Positions 20,377 to 32,771 are shown, counted from the whole stretch's first letter. The stretch: DNA of 63,432 nucleotides, filler included, from 5 parts of 5 records of this genome joined end to end with filler, not necessarily neighbours in it; one strand, 5' to 3'. Numbers and translations: made by a program. The notes: generated by a model from the sequence alone, not told the origin.

Positions 20377-21804
20377 GTGACAGAAACAGTGAGTATCAAG
20401 AAGTTTACCTGGGTTTGCCTGGCCACGCTGCTTGCAGGTGGTGGGGCGTGGGCTGCTGCCCAAAGTATGACGGCCCGCACGGCGGGCGACGCAACGGTGT
20501 TTGCCGATGGTCGCAACGCATTTTCATTTCCCGCCGCGAATTTGCCCAACGAAGAGCGCACCCGGTTTGCAATCGGCAATTCGTTTTTCAAGCGAAACTG
20601 GGTTCAGGCCCCGGCATCTACCACCGCGCGCGATGGTTTGGGCCCCCACTTCATTGCCCGTTCATGTGGTGGTTGCCACGTGCAGGATGGCCGCGGAAAG
20701 CCGCCGGAAATTCTGAACCGCTTGAACACCGGGCAGCCCGTTGATTTGCTGTTCCGTATTTCCATTCCTGGCACGGGGCCGCACCATGGTGTGGTACCCG
20801 AACCCACCTATGGGGACCAGTTGAACAATGCGGCAGTAGACGGCGTAAAGCCTGAAGGGAAAATCAATATTGAAACAAGCCCGGTGCACGGCAAATATCC
20901 CGACGGCACGCCTTATGTGCTGCAAAAACCAAGGTATACATTCACGGATTTGGCCTATGGCCCCATGCACCCCAAGGTGATGGTCAGCCCGCGCATTGCG
21001 CCGCAGGTGATTGGTTTGGGTTTGCTGGAAGCGGTTGAGGAACAGGATGTACTGGCCAATGCAAAGCAACAGGCTGCGCGGTCCGATGCCATCAAGGGCA
21101 TGCCCAACAGGGTGTGGGATGCGTACGCACAACGTGAAATGCTGGGGCGTTTTGGCTGGAAGGCCAATGTGGCCAGCCTGGCCCACCAAACTGCCGGGGC
21201 GTTTCTGGGTGATATTGGTATTACCTCCAGTTTGTTTCCGGTTGAAAACTGCACCAAGGCACAAACAGATTGTTTGAATGCGCCCAATGGTTCCAGCAAA
21301 AGTGAACCCGAGCTTAGCGACAAACTGTTCAATGAAATTGTGTTTTATCAAGCCGTGTTGGCGCCGCCAGCGCGCCGCAATGTAGACGATGCACGTGTGT
21401 TGCAGGGCCAGAAGTTGTTTGATCAGGCGCAGTGTGCAGTGTGTCACCAGCCTTCCTACACCACAGGCAAAGTGCCGTTTCCAGCCTTAAGCAGCAAGGC
21501 CCTGGAAGGGCAGGAAATTTGGCCCTACACCGATCTGTTGTTGCATGACATGGGCGAGGGTCTGGCCGACAATCGCCCCGATTTCAAAGCCAGTGGCCGT
21601 CAATGGAAAACGCCGCCCCTTTGGGGAATTGGTTTGATTTCCGATGTAAACAACCACATGCGCCTGTTGCACGACGGCCGTGCCAATGGCGTTGAAGAGG
21701 CCATTCTTTGGCACGGTGGTGAAGCCGAGCAAAGCAAAAAAACATTCATGAATTATTCAGCGGAAGACCGTGCTTCACTGATCCGTTTTGTGGAGTCGCT
21801 GTAA
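20377..21804 (+). CDS. di-heme oxidoreductase (DHOR) family protein
   Basis: GLGP...SCGGCH, GRFGWKA, CAVCH, YTDLLLHDMG, LHDGRA. Confidence 0.9.
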   Translation: MTETVSIKKFTWVCLATLLAGGGAWAAAQSMTARTAGDATVFADGRNAFSFPAANLPNEERTRFAIGNSFFKRNWVQAPASTTARDGLGPHFIARSCGGCHVQDGRGKPPEILNRLNTGQPVDLLFRISIPGTGPHHGVVPEPTYGDQLNNAAVDGVKPEGKINIETSPVHGKYPDGTPYVLQKPRYTFTDLAYGPMHPKVMVSPRIAPQVIGLGLLEAVEEQDVLANAKQQAARSDAIKGMPNRVWDAYAQREMLGRFGWKANVASLAHQTAGAFLGDIGITSSLFPVENCTKAQTDCLNAPNGSSKSEPELSDKLFNEIVFYQAVLAPPARRNVDDARVLQGQKLFDQAQCAVCHQPSYTTGKVPFPALSSKALEGQEIWPYTDLLLHDMGEGLADNRPDFKASGRQWKTPPLWGIGLISDVNNHMRLLHDGRANGVEEAILWHGGEAEQSKKTFMNYSAEDRASLIRFVESL

Positions 21805-22844
21805 TGAAAAGTGGTTTGTTTCCCGCATTGGGATGCTCAGTGGTGGGTGGTGTGGTTTTGTTGTTCAGCACCTTTGCCATGGCTGCCAAGCCCGTGGACA
21901 GAAGCACGATGCTGTTTCCGTATTACGAAGTGCCCGAGGTGCTTGGCAGTGCGGTGAATCACCATTACCGGAAAGACACCGCCACCTTGTTGCAAGGTTT
22001 GCAGCAACTGAACAATTCAACTGCCCTGTATTGCAAGGGCGAAGCCGGGTTGAAAGCACTGAAAACGAATTATTCGGAAGCCTACCTGGCGTGGCTGGAA
22101 TTGTCGGCTGTGGTGATCGGCCCGCTGCTCGACAACAACACGGTGCGCCAAATTGATTTTCGCCCGCTGCGCGAGAAGCTGCTGGAGCGTGCCATTAAAA
22201 AACAGCCCAAAGGCGAGCAGGCAATGGCCTTGGTGGGCAGCCCGGCAAAAGGCTTTCCGGCACTTGAATATTTGATGTTGCAGTCGTCTTTCAAACCAGG
22301 GTCTGCCGAATGTGACTACGCGCAAGAAGTAGTGAAAGACATTCAGCGCACTGTGGGCGACCTGAAGTGGAAAGAATTGCCTGACAACATGCAACTGTAT
22401 TTCAACCAGATGGTCGGTGCTTTGCACAACCTGGGCTGGGAGCGCATGGAAAAACCCTTGTTGAAAAACAGGGATTTGCAGGCTGAACAAGGCGCAAGTG
22501 AATGGCCTTTTGCGGCGGTTGGTTTGACCACGCAGGCGTGGGTAGCGCAGTGGCGTGGCATTCAACATTTGCTGGTTGTGGTCAGCACACGGGTTCCACA
22601 AGCGAACCGGCATGTTGTGCCCCTGGAGGCTTATTTGCGCGGGCTGGGCCAAATCGAATTGGCCGACACGTTGGTGAAGCACACTGATGCAGTAGACAAG
22701 GCGCTGCGAACCAATGACATTGCCAAGCCCGCCACCATTGAACGATCGGTGAAAGCATTGAAGGTGTTGAAAGGTTTTATGGAACAGGATGTTGCCAAGG
22801 GTTTGAAAGTGTCGATTCAGTTTTCTTCTTCGGATGGTGATTGA
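21804..22844 (+). CDS. imelysin-like protein (second copy, GxHxxE replaced by GFPALE)
   Basis: KGFPALEYL; C-terminal F.SSDGD; operon position. Confidence 0.8.
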   Translation: MKSGLFPALGCSVVGGVVLLFSTFAMAAKPVDRSTMLFPYYEVPEVLGSAVNHHYRKDTATLLQGLQQLNNSTALYCKGEAGLKALKTNYSEAYLAWLELSAVVIGPLLDNNTVRQIDFRPLREKLLERAIKKQPKGEQAMALVGSPAKGFPALEYLMLQSSFKPGSAECDYAQEVVKDIQRTVGDLKWKELPDNMQLYFNQMVGALHNLGWERMEKPLLKNRDLQAEQGASEWPFAAVGLTTQAWVAQWRGIQHLLVVVSTRVPQANRHVVPLEAYLRGLGQIELADTLVKHTDAVDKALRTNDIAKPATIERSVKALKVLKGFMEQDVAKGLKVSIQFSSSDGD

Positions 22845-23922
22845 ATTGCAGGCGCAGCGTCGGCATTTTCTGCAAACCCTGAGTGCGGCCAGTGTGTTGC
22901 TGGCCATGCCGTCCATGGTTGCGGCAGTGAATACCCCTCGCCTTTCCCTGAATTCGACATCGGCCAATTTGCTGGCTGCATGGCAATTACCGAGTGGCGG
23001 GTTTCAGGCCGGCGTGTTGAATGTGGACCCTGCACAGCCGAACTTGTTCACGGTGCAACAGGCGGTTGATTTGCCCACGCGCCCCCACGGGCTGATGCAT
23101 TTGCAAGGCGACGAATATTTGGTGATTGCGCGCCGACCTGGTGACTGGATGATGCGCTTGAACATTCGCACAGGCGATGCATCCCGAACCTGGCAAGATG
23201 CGGACCGCCAGCTCAATGGCCACAGCGCAGTGTATGGCAAGCATGTTTACACCACAGAAACCGACATGCTGGGCGGCAGCGGGGTTCTGGCAATGCGCGA
23301 CAAAACCACACTTGAATTGCTGGACGTGTGGCCCACGCACGGGCACGATCCCCATGAAATGCTGGTGTTGCCCAATGGCGGCCTGGGCATTGCAGAACCC
23401 TTTTTACTGGTGGCCAATGGCGGTATTCAAACCCATGCCGACATGGGGCGCACGCAGCTGAATTTGAACCAAATGGATTCGTCGCTCGTGGCTTTAAAAC
23501 CCACGACAGGCGAGCTGTTAAAGCAGTGGGTGCTTTGCGACACGCAACTCAGCTTGCGGCACATGGCCTTGCACACCGATGGCGTGGTGGGCATTGCCAT
23601 GCAGGCACACCACGGCAGTGTTTCAAGAAAAAATGAAGCGCCCGTTCTGGCATTGCTCAGTGAACAGGGATTGCGCACAGCGCCTGAATCAGCAGGCATG
23701 AAAGGTTATGCCGGTGACATTGTTGCGACGCCTCAGGGTTTTGTGATCAGTTGCACCAAAAGCAACGCAGCATTGCATGTCAGTGTATCGGGGCAAAGCC
23801 TGGAAAAATTCGCAGCAAGCTCAGCTTGTGCGCTGGCTGCAAAGGCCGACCGTGTGTGGCTGGGGCACCTGCCCAGTTCCGCTGCCACGCTGGAACTGGA
23901 CAATCACTGGCTTCTCATTTAG
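22834..23922 (+). CDS. DUF1513 family protein with Tat signal
   Basis: QRRHFL twin-arginine; RPHG, ARRPG, GH, PHE, VANGGI.TH, LSLRH. Confidence 0.82.
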   Translation: MVIELQAQRRHFLQTLSAASVLLAMPSMVAAVNTPRLSLNSTSANLLAAWQLPSGGFQAGVLNVDPAQPNLFTVQQAVDLPTRPHGLMHLQGDEYLVIARRPGDWMMRLNIRTGDASRTWQDADRQLNGHSAVYGKHVYTTETDMLGGSGVLAMRDKTTLELLDVWPTHGHDPHEMLVLPNGGLGIAEPFLLVANGGIQTHADMGRTQLNLNQMDSSLVALKPTTGELLKQWVLCDTQLSLRHMALHTDGVVGIAMQAHHGSVSRKNEAPVLALLSEQGLRTAPESAGMKGYAGDIVATPQGFVISCTKSNAALHVSVSGQSLEKFAASSACALAAKADRVWLGHLPSSAATLELDNHWLLI

Positions 23923-25706
23923 TGCCCAGTGCCCAGTGCCCAGGCCTTGATGGTTTGTCCCTGTTTGAAACCAAACAATTTGTTGCCGCCCACGGCCACG
24001 GCCAGGAACTGTTTGCCCTTGACCTCGTAACTGATGGGTGGCGCGTTCACGCCTGCAGCGTTGCCTTGTTGCCAAAGCCGCTTGCCCGTGTTTGCGTCCA
24101 GCGCAAAAAATTCGCCGCTGCCTTCACCAGAAAATACCAAGCCTGTTTGTGTGCTTAACACGCCGCCAATCAAGGGTGCTTTTACCTTGTGTTGCCAAAG
24201 CAGTTTGCCAGTGTCCAGGTGAATGGCGGACAACAGGCCGTACTTCTCCCCGTCTTCAATGGGCGACATGGATGAATACTTCAGGGCGGGTTTGCTGCCC
24301 TTGGCTTTCAGTTCATGCAACTGGTATTTCACGGGCCAGTGAATGCCCGCGATGAACACCATGCGGCGTTGTTCATCCACGGAAACTGGCGACCAGTTCG
24401 AGCCGCCAATTACACCGGGGTAAATTACATTGCCCTGTTCAGTAGGCAGGGTGAACATGTTGTTCTGTGGCACAAAGGCTTCACTTTTGAACAGCAATTC
24501 GCCGGTGATGCGGTTGTGCACATAAAACCAGCCAGTTTTTCCGGCCTGCCCAACGGCCTGAACCGGCTTGCCTTTCACGGTGGTGCTGAACAACACGGGT
24601 GGGCTGGCCACGTCGTAACCCCACATGTCGTGCGGCACTTGTTGGTAATGCCATTTCAATTGACCTGTGCGCACATCCAGGGCCACCAGCGAAGCCGTGT
24701 ACAGATTGTCGCCGGGTCGTGAAGAACCTTCCATTTGTGGGGAAGGGTTGCCCGTGCCGAAATACAGAATGCCGTTTTCCCGGTCGATCGCGGGTGTGCT
24801 CCAGGCCGAGCCGCCGCCAAATTGCCAGGCATCGGGGTACTTCGCTGCAGCCGCTTTTTCCTGTTCAATATTTCGGGGCAGTACCACACCGTCCGGGGTT
24901 GTCTGGGTGAACTTGCCTTCCCAGCCCGTGTCGGGAACCGTGTCAAATTTCCAGGCCTGAGCACCCGTGTTGATGTCGTAAGCCGCCATGAAACCACGGC
25001 GCCCGTAGTTGCCCGCAATTCCCACCACAGAGCCCAGTGGGGCATCCGGGTCGGGGGAATCCAGGTGCAAACCGTAGCCCACGCCAGTAATGCCCACAAT
25101 CACTTTGCCATCGAACACCATCGGTGCCATGTTGATGCCGGCGCCTGATGCACCAGACACTTCGAGCTTGCCACCCTGTGTGTCAAGTTGCGAACCCAGG
25201 CTGGCTGCATCTTCCTGCACACCTTGTTCGCCTTGGGTTACATCAATGTCCCACAGCTTTTGGCCAGTGCGTGCATCCAGTGCCAGCAGGCGTGAATCAA
25301 CCGTGCCCATGAACACCTTGCCACCGCTGACCGCCACACCGCGGTTGGCCGGGCCGCAACACATTTTTCTGCTTTTTACACGGTCGTGTGAGTAACGCCA
25401 TATCAATTTGCCCGTGTCGGCGTGTAGCGCAAGCACATGGTTGAAGGGCAGTGAAACATACATCACCCCTTCCACCACAATTGGCGTGGCTTGGAAGCTG
25501 GATGACACACCCGTGTCAAATTCCCAGGCTGTGCCTAGTTGTGCAACGTTGGTCGGCGTAATTTGTGAAGATTCCGTGTGCCGCTGGTGATCCCAGTTGC
25601 CACCGAACACGGGCCAATCCCTGGCCATGGCCTGTGAGCACGACAGGCCAATGCCGACAAGAAGTGTGGTGATTGGAAAGTGATGCATGCTGTGGCGCAG
25701 GTTCAT
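23919..25706 (-). CDS. PQQ-binding beta-propeller dehydrogenase-like protein
   Basis: FQATPIV, vicinal CC (KMCCGPANRG), repeated ALD..TG..W docking motifs, GTGNP; start uncertain (25706 or 25688). Confidence 0.85.
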   Translation of the reverse strand: MNLRHSMHHFPITTLLVGIGLSCSQAMARDWPVFGGNWDHQRHTESSQITPTNVAQLGTAWEFDTGVSSSFQATPIVVEGVMYVSLPFNHVLALHADTGKLIWRYSHDRVKSRKMCCGPANRGVAVSGGKVFMGTVDSRLLALDARTGQKLWDIDVTQGEQGVQEDAASLGSQLDTQGGKLEVSGASGAGINMAPMVFDGKVIVGITGVGYGLHLDSPDPDAPLGSVVGIAGNYGRRGFMAAYDINTGAQAWKFDTVPDTGWEGKFTQTTPDGVVLPRNIEQEKAAAAKYPDAWQFGGGSAWSTPAIDRENGILYFGTGNPSPQMEGSSRPGDNLYTASLVALDVRTGQLKWHYQQVPHDMWGYDVASPPVLFSTTVKGKPVQAVGQAGKTGWFYVHNRITGELLFKSEAFVPQNNMFTLPTEQGNVIYPGVIGGSNWSPVSVDEQRRMVFIAGIHWPVKYQLHELKAKGSKPALKYSSMSPIEDGEKYGLLSAIHLDTGKLLWQHKVKAPLIGGVLSTQTGLVFSGEGSGEFFALDANTGKRLWQQGNAAGVNAPPISYEVKGKQFLAVAVGGNKLFGFKQGQTIKAWALGTGH

Positions 25707-25865
25707 TGGGTACATCCATGTTGCTCGATAAACCAACTACGCAAGCAAAGATCAAACCACTGGCACTGTTGCAATCTGGGGCAGTGGGAGTGTCACAAAA
25801 CTGTCATCCAAAGTGCGCACTTGAGCGTGTATATTGCGCGTACTCGATTCCATTAGTAAGTGATC

Positions 25866-26021
25866 ATGAAACAACAACTTGAAATGTTGAAAGAAATTGA
25901 AAGCAAGCTTGAAGAGCTGAGTAAAGACAAAGACCTGAAAGACAAGCGCCCACTGGAAGTAAAAGAAATCAAAGGGCTTCGTTTGGTGGTGTCTTCAATT
26001 ATTCGCCGCATGGCAAGCTGA
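25866..26021 (+). CDS. small 51-aa helical protein (absent from ORF track)
   Basis: MKQQLEMLKEIESKLEELSKDKDLKDKRPLEVKEIKGLRLVVSSIIRRMAS*; fills the gap between the PQQ and MFS genes. Confidence 0.55.
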   Translation: MKQQLEMLKEIESKLEELSKDKDLKDKRPLEVKEIKGLRLVVSSIIRRMAS

Positions 26022-26035
26022 ACACCCAGGCAAAC

Positions 26036-27256
26036 CTATCGGTACACCTTGATTTGCCGGGCGATCAGCACCGCCATGACGTTGAACACAATCGCGATCA
26101 CACTGCAAAGCCAGTAGTTTTCAATCAGCCCTTCCGCGTTTCTTTCGATCAGATGCCCGCCAACCAGGGCAGCCAAACCCATGGCCGCCGACTGCATGGA
26201 CGAATTCAGTGTCATGAACGTGCCCCGGTTTTTCGGGTTGCCCGCGGCGCTGACCATGGCCATGCCAGGAATCATTCTTCCGCTGACAAACACGAAAAAG
26301 CAGGTGGTGATGATCAGGATTGCGATCTTGCCCATGCCTTCGGTTTGCGTAATCAGGGCCATGGGAATGATCGCAATGGTGGCGATGATCTGCAGCATTT
26401 TGAGTTTGCCGATTCTGTCGCTCAGTTTGCCGATGATCTGCGCACTAAACAGCGTGGCTGCGCCACCGGCCAGATAAATCAGGGGGATGTCGGAAGGGGA
26501 AAGCCCCGCGTTCGTTTGCATGTAAATCGTGATGTACGGGATGATTGAAAACCCGGCGAAGATCATGCAAAACGAGAATGAGAATGCAATCAGGTGGTTG
26601 GGGTCGCGCAGCACTTGCGCAATGCCTTGCAGTGGGCCGGTTTCGCCCCGTGCATGCAAGTGACCTTGCAAGGTCGGGATGACATACACAGCCGCCACCA
26701 CGAGCATGAAGCTGATGCCTGCAATGCCAAAAAAAGGTGTGTGCCAGTTTGAATTGGCCGCCACAAACAAACCCAGCGGAACACCCATGACTGTGGACAC
26801 GGAGAACGACGTCATGATGACACCCATGGCCTTGCCTCGGCGTGCGAATGGCACCACGTCAGCGACAATGGTCTGGATCATGGCCGACAATATGCCCCCG
26901 AACAAACCCGCGGCAACACGTGCGCCCATCAGTGTTTCGTAGGTCGGTGCCAGGCCGCAGGCCAGGGTTGCAACGGCGAACAGAAAATACAAAACAAGCA
27001 GCAGGCGGCGACGCTCGAACCGGTCAATGTAAAGCGAGGCAAGCAGACCAGAAGCACCAGCTGCAAAAGTGTAGGCCGACACCAGCAGGCCGAACTTCGC
27101 ATCTGAAATGGCAAAGGCCTGTGTCAGTTGCGGGCCCAGCGGCATCATGATCATGAAGTCGAGGATGTGCGTGAACTGGATGCCCGCGAGAATCAGCAAC
27201 AGCGCCCATTCACGGCTTGTGCTGATTTTGACGTCCCCTGTTTTGTCCGCGTCCAT
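26036..27256 (-). CDS. MFS transporter
   Basis: DRFERRR and GKLSDRIGK A-motifs, about 12 TM segments. Confidence 0.92.
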   Translation of the reverse strand: MDADKTGDVKISTSREWALLLILAGIQFTHILDFMIMMPLGPQLTQAFAISDAKFGLLVSAYTFAAGASGLLASLYIDRFERRRLLLVLYFLFAVATLACGLAPTYETLMGARVAAGLFGGILSAMIQTIVADVVPFARRGKAMGVIMTSFSVSTVMGVPLGLFVAANSNWHTPFFGIAGISFMLVVAAVYVIPTLQGHLHARGETGPLQGIAQVLRDPNHLIAFSFSFCMIFAGFSIIPYITIYMQTNAGLSPSDIPLIYLAGGAATLFSAQIIGKLSDRIGKLKMLQIIATIAIIPMALITQTEGMGKIAILIITTCFFVFVSGRMIPGMAMVSAAGNPKNRGTFMTLNSSMQSAAMGLAALVGGHLIERNAEGLIENYWLCSVIAIVFNVMAVLIARQIKVYR

Positions 27257-27315
27257 GTACTGCTACCTACTGATTGAATTTTTGTTGGTTTGATCAGGCA
27301 GTTTAACGCGCGCGC

Positions 27316-28260
27316 TTAGTGCCCCAGGGCAGTGAGCGCATAAATGCCAATTGTCATGGTAGCAATAGACACCAGTGTGGTCAGTGCAATGATGTTGGCT
27401 GCAAGTTTGCCGTCGCCGCCTGCAGCCACTGCCATGGCAAAGCTTGCAGCGGCAGTGGGGCTGGCAAAAAACATCCACAGAATAACAAGCTCGCGGCCTT
27501 CAATGCCCAAAGCCCAGGCGGCTGCACAGGCCAGCACGGGCAGTATTGCGACTTTGATTGCACTGGATTCAATCGCGGCCATGCCCGAGGCCTTGACCCC
27601 GGCCAGTGACAGGGTGCCACCCACGCAGATCAGTGCCAGGGGCAGCGTAAGGCCTGCAAAATATTCCCCGGATTTTAACAACCAGTCGGGAATGTACAGT
27701 TTGATTGCGCTGGCAGCCATGCCCAGCACAACGGCAATGATCAAGGGGTTTTTCAGCAATTCCTTGCCCACCATGGCAGGGCTGAATTTTAAGGTGGGGC
27801 TGTAGATGGAAAGTATTAATACCGACAGCACGTTGAACAACAGGATGGTAAAACCCACCAGCACGCCGCCGACGGACAGGCCATAGTCGCCGTAATAGCT
27901 CGCCACAAGCGCGAAACTGACCACGCCGCAGTTGCCGCGAAACGAGCCCTGCACAAACACCCCGCGCTGGCTGTAAGGCGTGAACCTGCTGGCCCACCAC
28001 CAACTGGCGAAAAAACCAGCGAGTGTGGCTGCGCAAAAAAAGAACACCAGCTTTGCATTGAAGGCGCTTTGCAGGTCTGCCCGCCAGATGGACAGGAAGA
28101 ACAGCGTGGGCATCGTGGCTTTGTAGGTCAGCGTGGATGCCGTTTGAATAAATGAATCGTTGATCAGCCTGACTTTGCGCAGCACCAGCCCCATGAATAC
28201 CATGGCAAACACGGGGGCGGTGACTCCCAGAATTTCTGAGAGCACATTAAGTTGATTCAT
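27316..28260 (-). CDS. AEC family transporter
   Basis: PVF..., MPTLFF, FRGN.G, KNPLIIA, LPLALI.VG, SPTAA. Confidence 0.88.
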   Translation of the reverse strand: MNQLNVLSEILGVTAPVFAMVFMGLVLRKVRLINDSFIQTASTLTYKATMPTLFFLSIWRADLQSAFNAKLVFFFCAATLAGFFASWWWASRFTPYSQRGVFVQGSFRGNCGVVSFALVASYYGDYGLSVGGVLVGFTILLFNVLSVLILSIYSPTLKFSPAMVGKELLKNPLIIAVVLGMAASAIKLYIPDWLLKSGEYFAGLTLPLALICVGGTLSLAGVKASGMAAIESSAIKVAILPVLACAAAWALGIEGRELVILWMFFASPTAAASFAMAVAAGGDGKLAANIIALTTLVSIATMTIGIYALTALGH

Positions 28261-28270
28261 GGGAGCAGGT

Positions 28271-28697
28271 TTATTGAATGCACTCCGCAACTGCTTTGCC
28301 CACATCGGATGTGGTGGCATTGCCGCCCATGTCGGGTGTGCGGGGTCCTTCCACCAACACCGTTTCGATTGCTTTCAGAATCGAATCATGGGCTGCCTTG
28401 AATTTGGGGTCGCCCTTGCCAATGGAGTCAAGCATCATCGCGCCCGACCAGATCATGGCAATCGGGTTGGAGATGTTCTTGCCGTAAATGTCGGGTGCGG
28501 AACCGTGTACAGGTTCGAACAGGGAGGGAAATTTTCCTTCCGGATTCAGGTTGGCCGATGGCGCAATGCCGATGGTGCCAGTGCACGCGGGTCCCAGATC
28601 GGAGAGAATGTCGCCGAACAGGTTGGATGCAACCACCACATCAAAACGCTCCGGGCTCAGCACAAAGCGTGCGGCAAGAATGTCCACGTGGTACTTG
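28271..28697 (-). CDS. tartrate/D-malate dehydrogenase, C-terminal fragment
   Basis: NLFGDILSDLGPACTGTIGIAPS and FEPVHGSAPDI; cut by contig end. Confidence 0.88.
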
Positions 28698-28797
28698 NNN
28701 NNNNNNNNNNNNNNNNNNNNNNNNNNNNNNNNNNNNNNNNNTTAATTAATTAANNNNNNNNNNNNNNNNNNNNNNNNNNNNNNNNNNNNNNNNNNNN
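28698..28797. other. artificial contig linker
   Basis: N44-TTAATTAATTAA-N44. Confidence 0.98.
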
Positions 28798-28964
28798 GTC
28801 ATGATGGTGGCCGGGTTGGAGTTCACCAGGATCACCCGGTAACCCTCTTCGCGCAGCGCCTTACATGCCTGGGCACCGGAGTAGTCAAACTCACAGGCCT
28901 GGCCGATCACAATCGGGCCAGCACCAATAATGAGGATGCTTTTTAAATCACTTCTTTTCGGCAT
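28798..28964 (-). CDS. carB: carbamoyl-phosphate synthase large subunit, N-terminal fragment
   Basis: [30 protein letters not shown]. Confidence 0.97.
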
Positions 28965-28974
28965 AGTCACTAAC

Positions 28975-29032
28975 CGTCAGACGTTAATTTCAGTTGCCAG
29001 CGCGTCAGACGTCGAACGTCGGACGTCGGACG
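28975..29032. repeat. heptamer tandem repeats CGTC(A/G)(G/A)A in carA-carB spacer
   Basis: cgtcaga ... cgtcaga cgtcgaa cgtcgga cgtcgga. Confidence 0.8.
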
Positions 29033-29033
29033 C

Positions 29034-30158
29034 TTATTTTGCTTGCATGAGCTCGATAAAATGATCGAACAGCGGCGCGCAATCACGCGGCCCCGGACTC
29101 GCTTCCGGGTGACCCTGGAAGCTGAAGGCCGGCACATCAGTGCGCTCGATGCCCTGCAAGGTGCCATCGAACAGCGACACGTGGGTCACTTTCAGGTTCG
29201 CCGGCAAGGTATCGATATCCACCGCAAAACCATGGTTCTGGCTGGTGATCATCACCGTGTCATCCGCCAGGGTTTTCACCGGGTGGTTGGCACCATGATG
29301 GCCTGTGGCCATTTTCATGGATTTGGCACCACTGGCCAGGGCCAGCAGCTGGTGCCCCAGGCAGATGCCGAACACCGGCAGACCGGTGGCAACAATTTCC
29401 TGGATGGCGGCGATCGCGTAGTCACAGGGCTCCGGATCACCCGGGCCGTTGGACAAAAACACACCGTCCGGCTTCATGGCGAGCACTTCAGAGGCAGGCG
29501 TTTGCGCCGGCACCACAGTGAGCTTGCAGCCACGCTCCGCCAGCATGCGCAGGATATTGCGCTTCACGCCGTAATCGTAGGCCACCACATGGAAGCGGGT
29601 CTCGCCCTGTTCGGTGTGACCTTGCTCGAGATCCCAGGTGGACTCGGTCCAGCTGTAGGGCTCGGCAACAGTTACTACCTTGGCCAGGTCCATGCCTTTC
29701 AGGCCGGGAAAGCCCTTGGCTGCCGCCAGCGCCTGTGCTTCATCGATGTTCTCACCAGCCAGAATGCAACCATTCTGCGCACCCTTGTCGCGCAAAATAC
29801 GCGTCAGGCGGCGGGTGTCGATATCGGCGATGGCAACGATGTTGCGCTCACGCAGGTAGTCCGGAAGAGTTTGCTCACTACGCCAGTTGCTCACTGTCAT
29901 GGCCAGATCACGAATCACCAGGCCCGAGGCCCAGATTCGGGAGGACTCTTCGTCCTCGGCAGTGACGCCAGTGTTACCGATGTGCGGATAGGTAAGGGTT
30001 ACAATCTGCTGGGCATAGGAAGGATCCGTCAGGATCTCCTGATAGCCAGTCATGGCGGTGTTAAACACCACCTCACCCACGGTTTCACCCGTGGCACCGA
30101 TTGCAACACCCCGAAAGATGCTTCCGTCTTCAAGAGCGAGAATGGCGGGAACCGTCAA
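29034..30158 (-). CDS. carA: carbamoyl-phosphate synthase small subunit
   Basis: [37 protein letters not shown] start behind GGAGG. Confidence 0.97.
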   Translation of the reverse strand: MTVPAILALEDGSIFRGVAIGATGETVGEVVFNTAMTGYQEILTDPSYAQQIVTLTYPHIGNTGVTAEDEESSRIWASGLVIRDLAMTVSNWRSEQTLPDYLRERNIVAIADIDTRRLTRILRDKGAQNGCILAGENIDEAQALAAAKGFPGLKGMDLAKVVTVAEPYSWTESTWDLEQGHTEQGETRFHVVAYDYGVKRNILRMLAERGCKLTVVPAQTPASEVLAMKPDGVFLSNGPGDPEPCDYAIAAIQEIVATGLPVFGICLGHQLLALASGAKSMKMATGHHGANHPVKTLADDTVMITSQNHGFAVDIDTLPANLKVTHVSLFDGTLQGIERTDVPAFSFQGHPEASPGPRDCAPLFDHFIELMQAK

Positions 30159-30210
30159 CGCAACCTCCAGGCTGATAGGGAATAGGGAGATCTGCGGCGG
30201 GTGCGCTCGC

Positions 30211-30245
30211 AAAAAAGCGAGATGGATTCCTCCACCTCGCTTTTT
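30211..30245 (-). terminator. attenuator-like intrinsic terminator in the carA leader
   Basis: Minus strand GCGAGGTGG-AGGAAT-CCATCTCGC-TTTTTT between promoter and carA. Confidence 0.7.
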
Positions 30246-30293
30246 CTAAATTCTTCATTCGGCGCCCCGCACGCCCATCACGGGCTGCGCGCT

Positions 30294-30322
30294 ATTTTAG
30301 GGCTTTGTGGCCCCGCTGTCAC
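30294..30322 (-). promoter_or_regulatory. sigma70-type promoter of carAB
   Basis: GTGACA-N17-TAAAAT on the minus strand. Confidence 0.6.
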
Positions 30323-30365
30323 GCAGCAATCCCGCCGACAGACAAGCGGCGGGCTTGGCAGGCGG

Positions 30366-32439
<2,074 letters not shown>

Positions 32440-32715
32440 TGCCTCTGATTATTGTTGTTTTTATGCACAATATCGCAGGCGAGCTTTCAGCAGCAACGAA
32501 GGCGATCAAATTTCATACTATTGGCTGAGCACATACCTCACTTTGCCAAACGCTCAACGCCGGATGCCTGACGTAAAACCGCATAGCCTGAATGGCTATC
32601 GCTATTGCGGCACCTCTTTTGAGGGATGGCCAAGGCCATTATTCAGGGAATAATCGGATGATTCGCTTTACGAAGAACATAACGGCCAGAATCGATCCAT
32701 CACCCAATTAACCCC

Positions 32716-32752
32716 AAAAAAAAGCCCGGCATGAGAAATCATGCCGGGCTTT
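32716..32752 (-). terminator. intrinsic terminator after dnaJ
   Basis: GCCCGGCATG/CATGCCGGGC stem followed by a T8 tract on the minus strand. Confidence 0.85.
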
Positions 32753-32771
32753 CTTTAGCGGACCAAAACGC

